Source of the DNA: the human T2T-CHM13v2.0 reference genome, Homo sapiens
Assembly (NCBI RefSeq): GCF_009914755.1
Contig: NC_060928.1
DNA length: 64,000 nt
Strand: one strand, 5' to 3'
In this document: one piece after another, positions 57,060 through 64,000 of the stretch
Position numbering within the stretch: the first letter of the stretch is position 1
Layout: every line of letters starts with the position of its first letter
Translations under genes and position numbers: made by a program
The notes under the pieces: generated by a model
What the model saw: the letters and a program-made list of their open reading frames with translations, nothing else
What the model was told of the DNA's origin: nothing
Database searches by the model: none

Positions 57060-57362
57060 GGCCGGGGGTGGTGGCACATGCCTGTAATGCCAGCACTCTG
57101 GGAAGTTGAGGCTGGAGGATTGGATGAATCTGGGAGGTTGAGACCCACCTGGGCAACATGGTGAAACCCCATCTATACAAAAACTACAAAAATTAGCCAG
57201 GCATGGTGGCAGGTTCCTGTGGTCCTAGCTACTCGGGAGGCTAAGGTGGAAGAATTACTTGAGCCTGGGAGGTTGAGGCTGCAGTGAGCCCAGATCCCAA
57301 CACTGCACTCCAGCCTGGGCAAGGGAGTGATACCCTGTAACAACAACATCAACAACAACAGA
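57060..57362 (+). mobile_element. Alu (AluJ-like) with a (CAA)n tail
   Basis: 'ggaggattg...ctgggcaacatggtgaaacccc...ttgagcctgggaggttgaggctgcagtgagc' J-type features; tail caacaacatcaacaacaaca; no clear TSD. Confidence 0.93.
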
Positions 57363-57399
57363 AAGTTAACAGGTTTTCATTTTATACTAGTTTGTTATA

Positions 57400-57660
57400 T
57401 ATTCACGTCCTCCGATCTTTTCCTGTTTCTTGTGCTGCTTTCTGCCTGAAATAGCTCCCACTCACCTTTTTCTTGTTTACTTCATCCCAGCCCTTCAAGA
57501 CCCAGCTCGGAAGTGTCTCACTCCCATGTAATGAGGCTTTTCTTCCTATAGCTCCTCCCCCATGCAAGAATATATCTAGCTTATTTTTATATATCCCTTA
57601 GAAATCTGTAGCATAGAGTTTTGCGTATTACAAATGTTCCATAAATATTTTTTGACTTGA
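57400..57660 (+). mobile_element. L2 3' fragment
   Basis: 'ttctgcctgaaatagctcccc...cccttcaagacccagctc...ataaatattttttgacttgaa'. Confidence 0.55.
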
Positions 57661-60377
57661 AGTAAATTTATTTAAATTAATATGAATTTTTCTAAAGTTG
57701 CATTTCCAATTGGAAATAAATAATTTAGCATTCATAATACAATATACTCTTCAAAGATCAATAAAAGGAATCACTTCTCCATGAGACAAATATTTGTATT
57801 TTTTTTTCTAACAGCTTTGAATGAATGACTAGTCTTCAAGTAAAAGGCTGCTGGGATTTAATCATTATATAGCCAAAGATTTCCAAAGTTATCTAACAAG
57901 TATTCTTCAACTGTCATTTACTGCCAACTCAAGGGAGCTTTATCCGAAGAATAGTAAAAACTTAAATCTGTTGTTTTCCCATGATGGTTCAATAACTTCA
58001 CGACTTGTTTTCTTTCCCCTAATTATAATTTCTTACTGTTCAAAATATTTTAAAAATTAACCTTGGTTATAACCCTATCATTTGAGGCCTCTAGCGATTT
58101 GTTATTTATATTGTTAGAGTTTGGGTGCTACTTTAATGGAAAGATTTATTTTTCTCACTTAATGAAGTCTGTTTTATTTTAAATCATTTCTCAAGGACAT
58201 AATTTGAACTCATGGGATTGCTAGGCAATTCACTGTATTATGAGTAATTTCTAAATTGCTTTTTAAAATTTATTATATGCAGGAAAAAAAGTGGCTTGAA
58301 AACTTTCTGATAAATTTAATACATGCTAAAAGTATACTCTCGTGAAAGCAGATATATCTGTTTTGCAGCTATAGTGGCAGTTCACCGTGAATCTTCATAA
58401 ATTCACAGGCATATTATTAGCTAACCTTATAATTGAAAAACATAAGTATAAAAAACTACTAATACTAATATATTAAACAGGAAGACAAAATGTCAAAAAG
58501 TACACTCATATGAACAAGCAAAAGTAGAATATTTTGTTGTATTATTGTTGTTATTGTTATTCATGGCCAGTTTAAGAACACTGGTATTGTTATGTTCCTG
58601 CTAATCTAGTTAACAGATTTGATAATTATAGTAGATTTACTATGACCTATGTTTTTTCCTATACTTATGCAGAAAATTGATAACTCTATAATACGGGCAA
58701 GCATAGTATTTTTTATCATGCCAGATGTATAGTAGATACACAATCTGTACCAGTTGTCAAAATGTGGTGAGTTGATATTTATGGAGGTGGCTATACTCTG
58801 GCTTCCTCTGTCCATTCTGAAGAGGACAAGGAGACAACAGATCCTGTGAACAAGATAGGTGGAGATTTGGAGATGCCAGCGTTTCATCTATAAACTCCAA
58901 CTTTGTCTTGATTTGGTAAACATATGACGTTCATTCATACTGAATGCCCCTATCAAACAAGCATTACCCATCTATCTGATTGTTACTTAGAGTGGAAGTA
59001 AACTATTTCAGCTCACAACAAAGCATTCACTGAAATAGGCAAGGCTAACAACTTTTGAAAAACAGACTCATTCCACACACGCCAAACATTTGCTGCTGCC
59101 TCGTTAGGCTAGTATCTCACTGGTAAAGGCTAACTAAATATCATCTAAGGCCATATGTTTTAAAAATTTAGTTTTTACATTTTGTTTCAGAATCATTTAA
59201 AGTAACTGAAAATAACAGGCCTCCCAAACAGATATCAAATTCCTTGCTAGAATTTAAATTTTACAGACAATTTCCTGATATATCACCTACATTTTTGCAT
59301 ATTTCCAGTGGTTCTTACGAGCTGATAATGAAAGAAATGAGAGATGAAAGTTAAAATATGAATAGACACAACATGTCAATAGATGCAATTTGGAATATAT
59401 GAGTCACTGTTAGGCTTCATAATAGGAATGTACAGAATTATTCATCTTTAGTTAGCAAAAAGAAGGATCTTGAAAACATTTTGAGACTATATTAATGAAG
59501 CTCCATGGAATTAAGCATTTAAGCTTTTCCATTCACTGACCGGGCAATTCAAGTATTCAAAGAGGTAGAATGCAACATAGGCAAGCTTTATTCAATATAT
59601 AGTTATTTAGCATAAACATAACCAGTGTATTAATTCATGCATGTGTGTCTTTATTCAGATTATACAAATTGAAAAAAAAACTGAAGTGAAGTTCATAAAG
59701 ATACTACTATATATGATAAATATATTCATATCATTTTAATAAAGTCAAGGAAATAAGCCTTTAAAGATTATTCATTCCAAGCATCTGCCCTTAGAAAAAA
59801 ATCAAGTAATTCATTTCAATCCAATGAAGAAAAGATAATCTCAGTTAGACATTGTTCTCTGTGTAATATCAGTTGTTTTATACTAGGAAAATCAGTAAAT
59901 ATTGATCACTTATAATGTGTAAGGAAAAACTAAATGTTTTATGTAGGTTATTACATCTTTACCAAATACCATGGAGATTTCCACATGGCATAAGTGATGA
60001 TTAGAGAGGTCACGTCACTTGTTCAAGGAAACACAGAACAGGTCTGCTGAATAGGTGTGTTGATCTAAGATAATCAGTTCTAATTAAATGAGCTATATTT
60101 GTATTTTCTTGCATAATTCCCCGATAACTAATTGATTCAAAAATAATATGAATCAGAGAAAAATACCTATCACTGGAAGCCCATGTTCTGTCCCAACTAA
60201 ACAAAAAAATAAACAAAAACCATACAATAATTTGTCTTGAAACATGATGGGTTATATTCTGAATCAGAGGAGGAAGCATGTCTTTTTTTGTCCCCTACAG
60301 TACCACATGGCTTATCATATTGCAGGCATTAATACATATGTGTTTGATAAGTGATTAAATAAGCATCAATACAAATA

Positions 60378-60450
60378 TGAGAGGGGACAGAGAGAGAGAG
60401 AGAGACTGACAGAGAGAAGGTAGATGGGTAGATGGAGGGAGAGAGGGAGC
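60378..60450. repeat. GA-rich simple repeat flanked by L2 fragments
   Basis: 'gagaggggacagagagagagagagagactgacagagagaagg'. Confidence 0.75.
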
Positions 60451-60853
60451 AAAATGAGAAGTCATAAAAAAAAAACTGAAGGAGTCATTTGCAAAGTGTT
60501 AAAAGATAAGCCAATTGAGGTCAAGGAATTAGATTTCATCTATTCTCTTTATACATTCTTATTATGCATCTGCAGTTTCTAACACTGTATTAGGCAGGAG
60601 AAATTCAATGGTGAATAAGACAAGGCAACCTGTTTCCTCATAGAGAGTAGAGCCCAAGGAAAGGAGAGAGAATAAAGAGCAATTACCATTCAGTGTGTTA
60701 AGTGATAGGAAAGGGAACCTGTGGGATTCTAAGAGGAAATGAAACAATGGCAACCAAACTATATTTGGAAATCGAATAAAACTTTCCAAGAAAACTAACA
60801 TTGAGGACTAAATCTAAGGATTGAGAAGAGTGAAATTGTAAGAAGGAATTATT

Positions 60854-61156
60854 GGTTGGGTGAGGTGGCTCAGCCTGAAATCCCAGCACTTTGGGAGGCC
60901 GAAGCCGGTGGATCACCAGAGGTCAGGAGTTCAAGAACAGCCTGGCCAACATGGTGAAACCCCGTCTCTACTGGAAATACAAAAATTAGCCGGGTGTGGT
61001 GGCGCTTGCCTGTAATCCCAGCCACTCAGGAGGCTGAGGCAGGAGAATTGCTTGCACCTGGAAGGCAGAGGTTGGTTACAGTGACCCAAGATTGTGCCAC
61101 TGCACTCCAGCCTGGGCAACAAGAATGAAACTCTGTTTCAAAAAAAAAAAAAAGAA
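60854..61156 (+). mobile_element. Alu (AluSq-like), full length
   Basis: Dimeric Alu with 'ggcaacaagaatgaaactc' and an A-tail; TSD aagaag(ga/ag)attatt. Confidence 0.95.
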
Positions 61157-62547
61157 GAAGAGATTATTAAAAAATTGCCCATTTCAGAGTTTTCAGATAT
61201 AATATTTCCTTTTCCCAGGTAGATCTGTAGTAGTCTATATGGAATGTTGATTCAACTCAGAAGTTTGTGTAAGATTCAGAGGAGTTAAGGGAAAAGATCA
61301 ATTATTATTGTGTGGCTATTCAATTGCCAGACTCTCTCCATCTCTTCTCTTTTCTTCCTACACAAACATGTGCTTGTTCTAACCTTTTTGTTATTGATTG
61401 AACTTCCTCTCTGATGGTAGAAAGTATGTTGTATTATACAAATAATTTTTAGGAAAATTATCTGTCTCCAGCTGTGAGATTACTTGATAATACAGTATGC
61501 AGATAATGTCTCTATTGGCATCAATGTTTATTATTTCAAAATAAAGATTAAAAATGCATTTGATAAAATTATGAAAAAACCCTTTTATTTATAATCTCAA
61601 AATAAGTAAGTGTGCAATATAGCAAAAAATGTGAAATTTCATCATGTACTATGCAGAAAACTACTCTGATATATGAGCTGTCATGTCAAATTATTTAAAA
61701 TATTTTTCTATATAATTAATTACCTTCATTATCATTAAGAACTCCAAAATTCAACATTCTCCCTTAGTATTTAATGATTTTCAATATTGTGTGAATGCTT
61801 TGTCCTTTGAATCCTGACAGCACTTATGTGGTATATGCTCTCTTGATATTCTTGGTCTATGTCATCCCAATGAAGAATGGTGCTTGAAGGCAGATACTGT
61901 CCTACACAACTCTCTATCTGCTATGATGTTTAGTCCAGTGGCTTATTATGTGATTCAAATCTTACAATATTTGAAAATTACAAAATGAAAAGATAAACCT
62001 GACTTCTTTAAAATATTTTTCCACAAAATGACATGAGGAAAGAAGTTAAACCTATCAAATTAAAGATATGTCATATATATGTGTGTATATATATATATTA
62101 TAATTACATAAATATACTCAAAGGAGAAGATGTGATAGTAACAGCACATTACAGGAAACGCATTGGTCCCTTCTGCTAAGGGATGAGATATCCGTAGTAG
62201 GTATCTCATCAGGATGGCTTCTTGCAATCTTTCAAAAAGTTATATCTGAAACCCACAAAACCCCAGGAATTCACCTTTATGAAGACTTAAATACTAATAT
62301 TTCTTCTTTCTAAAAACTTACACAAATTGCTTTTTCTGATAAAATATAGGACAATAGGCAAAGTAAATGTGGGCTGTTCAAGCAGCAGAAATTATATAGC
62401 AGATCATTCAACAGTTGCTGTAACTCACTCATAAGACGATCCTAGAGAGGTCAGCAGGCTTCCAGTATTGTATTTCCCAATGAAGTCTCATTGAAATATT
62501 TTAAAATAAAGTAACACTTGTTCATTAGTCTTACATCTTGTTAGGAG

Positions 62548-62599
62548 CTCGGCCTCCCCAAAGTGTTGGAAATACAGGCGTGAGCTGCTGCGCCCGGCC
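62548..62599 (-). mobile_element. 52-bp Alu 5'-end fragment without a tail
   Basis: 'ctcggcctccccaaagtgttggaaatacaggcgtgagctgctgcgcccggcc' is the reverse complement of Alu positions about 1-51. Confidence 0.88.
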
Positions 62600-64000
62600 G
62601 GTTGTTAGATGCTTCTATAATTTTTCCTTTTCCGTTTTTGTTTTTGTTTTTTTTTTTTTTGGTGTTTTTGGGTGGGGAGGGGAAGGCTGAGATTCACTTA
62701 GAGTACACGGCTGCTAACTGCCAGTGACAAGGAAAGCCTAAGTACCTCTGATTTGCCTGGGGCTGTACTCCCACACAGCCTCGGGACTACTTCCAATAAC
62801 TTCCAACACTCTCTAATTGGGAAAGTAATTCTCATGGCACAATTTTATCAGGGAAACAAAACAAAGCCAAAATGGTAAGATAAAAATGTGACAATAAATT
62901 CTATTATAACTGTTACTCCAAATTATAGTAATATGCAAATTATAGGGCTTTCACTTGAACAACAACCACAATAGCCAGCAACAAGAACTACAGCCTATCC
63001 TGGTATATCTCTCCCTGCAAAATACAAATTTATAACTAATGAGGCAGACATAAATAAAAATGCCAAGTCAGTCCAACTCAACAATTAAAGAAACCATACT
63101 TATTTTTGTTTTTCCTTTATACCTCTGGTAAATCCTCAAAAAGAATCATTAGAATATAGTTCAAGCAAACAACTGCTTCAATTTTTCTGAAGGAAAGGTT
63201 TGACTACTCTTGGATACGAATGAAAGGAGTTCCTCTGAAAAATGGAACAATGCAGGTCCATACGCATATAGACTTCAATTAAAATGATGGTATCCATTTC
63301 TGTCCTCATATAATGTTCCCAGAAAAGAATAATATTAACGTAAAAAATGAATATATATACAGTGTAGGTAGGAGTATTCAGGATTTATTTCTATGTAGTT
63401 TGTAAACCCAATTTGCATAGATAAAACTGAGATAATTTGAGACACCCTATTAACATTCCAGAAAGACTCAAGCACCATAATAAACAAGTAATTTGGAAGG
63501 TCTTATTTTCTAGTTTCATTTTATTCAATTTTCCAGGATAATTATATTACAATATTTTAATTTGTCATTTCTTACAATCTGCCCCTTTCTTTCAAAATTA
63601 ACAATTTTTAAAAGATGTTAAGTAATATTGGTAACATCTTACACATACACACACATACATGGTGGCAAATTCATTAAATCAAATTGAGATACAAAAAACT
63701 TAACTAAAAATAGTGTTACATTTTAGAGTTTATATTCCAGTTTACTGGCAAATACTTATTTTATGCCAAAAAAAGTCTGAGATAAAACTGAAATAACATT
63801 TAAGGTAGACTTACGCCTCAACAAAACCAGTCTATAGTTATGACCAATGTGAATCGTAATCCTTTCCAAAGTAACTATCTTTTGAATATTGACTGCAAGA
63901 ACAAAAAATAAATAGTCAAAGTAAGTCCTATATTACCAGAGTTTTGTAAAATTATCAATGAGAAAAATGCATGAGATAGTTACATGTGAAAAACAATACT

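Overview
Primate (hominoid-type, most likely human) nuclear DNA: AT-rich, CpG-poor and dense in transposable elements. I recognise no host protein-coding gene, RNA gene or CRISPR array. All long ORFs in the track come from LINE-1; the rest are short chance ORFs. Main content: one full-length but dead L1PA4/5-like element (16420-22592, 15-bp TSD) nested in an older 5'-inverted L1MA; several 5'-truncated L1s; four full Alus and two Alu fragments; THE1, MST, MLT1, LTR8, MER21, MER77 and LTR16-like LTRs; an ERVL-type pol relic; a MADE1 mariner MITE; and old L2/MIR debris. I found no convincing new biological system. The best oddities are structural: two L1PA copies sharing six non-consensus variants including a nonsense codon, a back-to-back L1PB with a poly-A tail at each end, an intact antisense ORF0, a micro-inversion in THE1-int and a tailless Alu fragment between direct repeats. 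Subfamily names come from remembered consensus sequences, not from a database search, and should be confirmed with RepeatMasker/Dfam. Boundaries of old elements are approximate.
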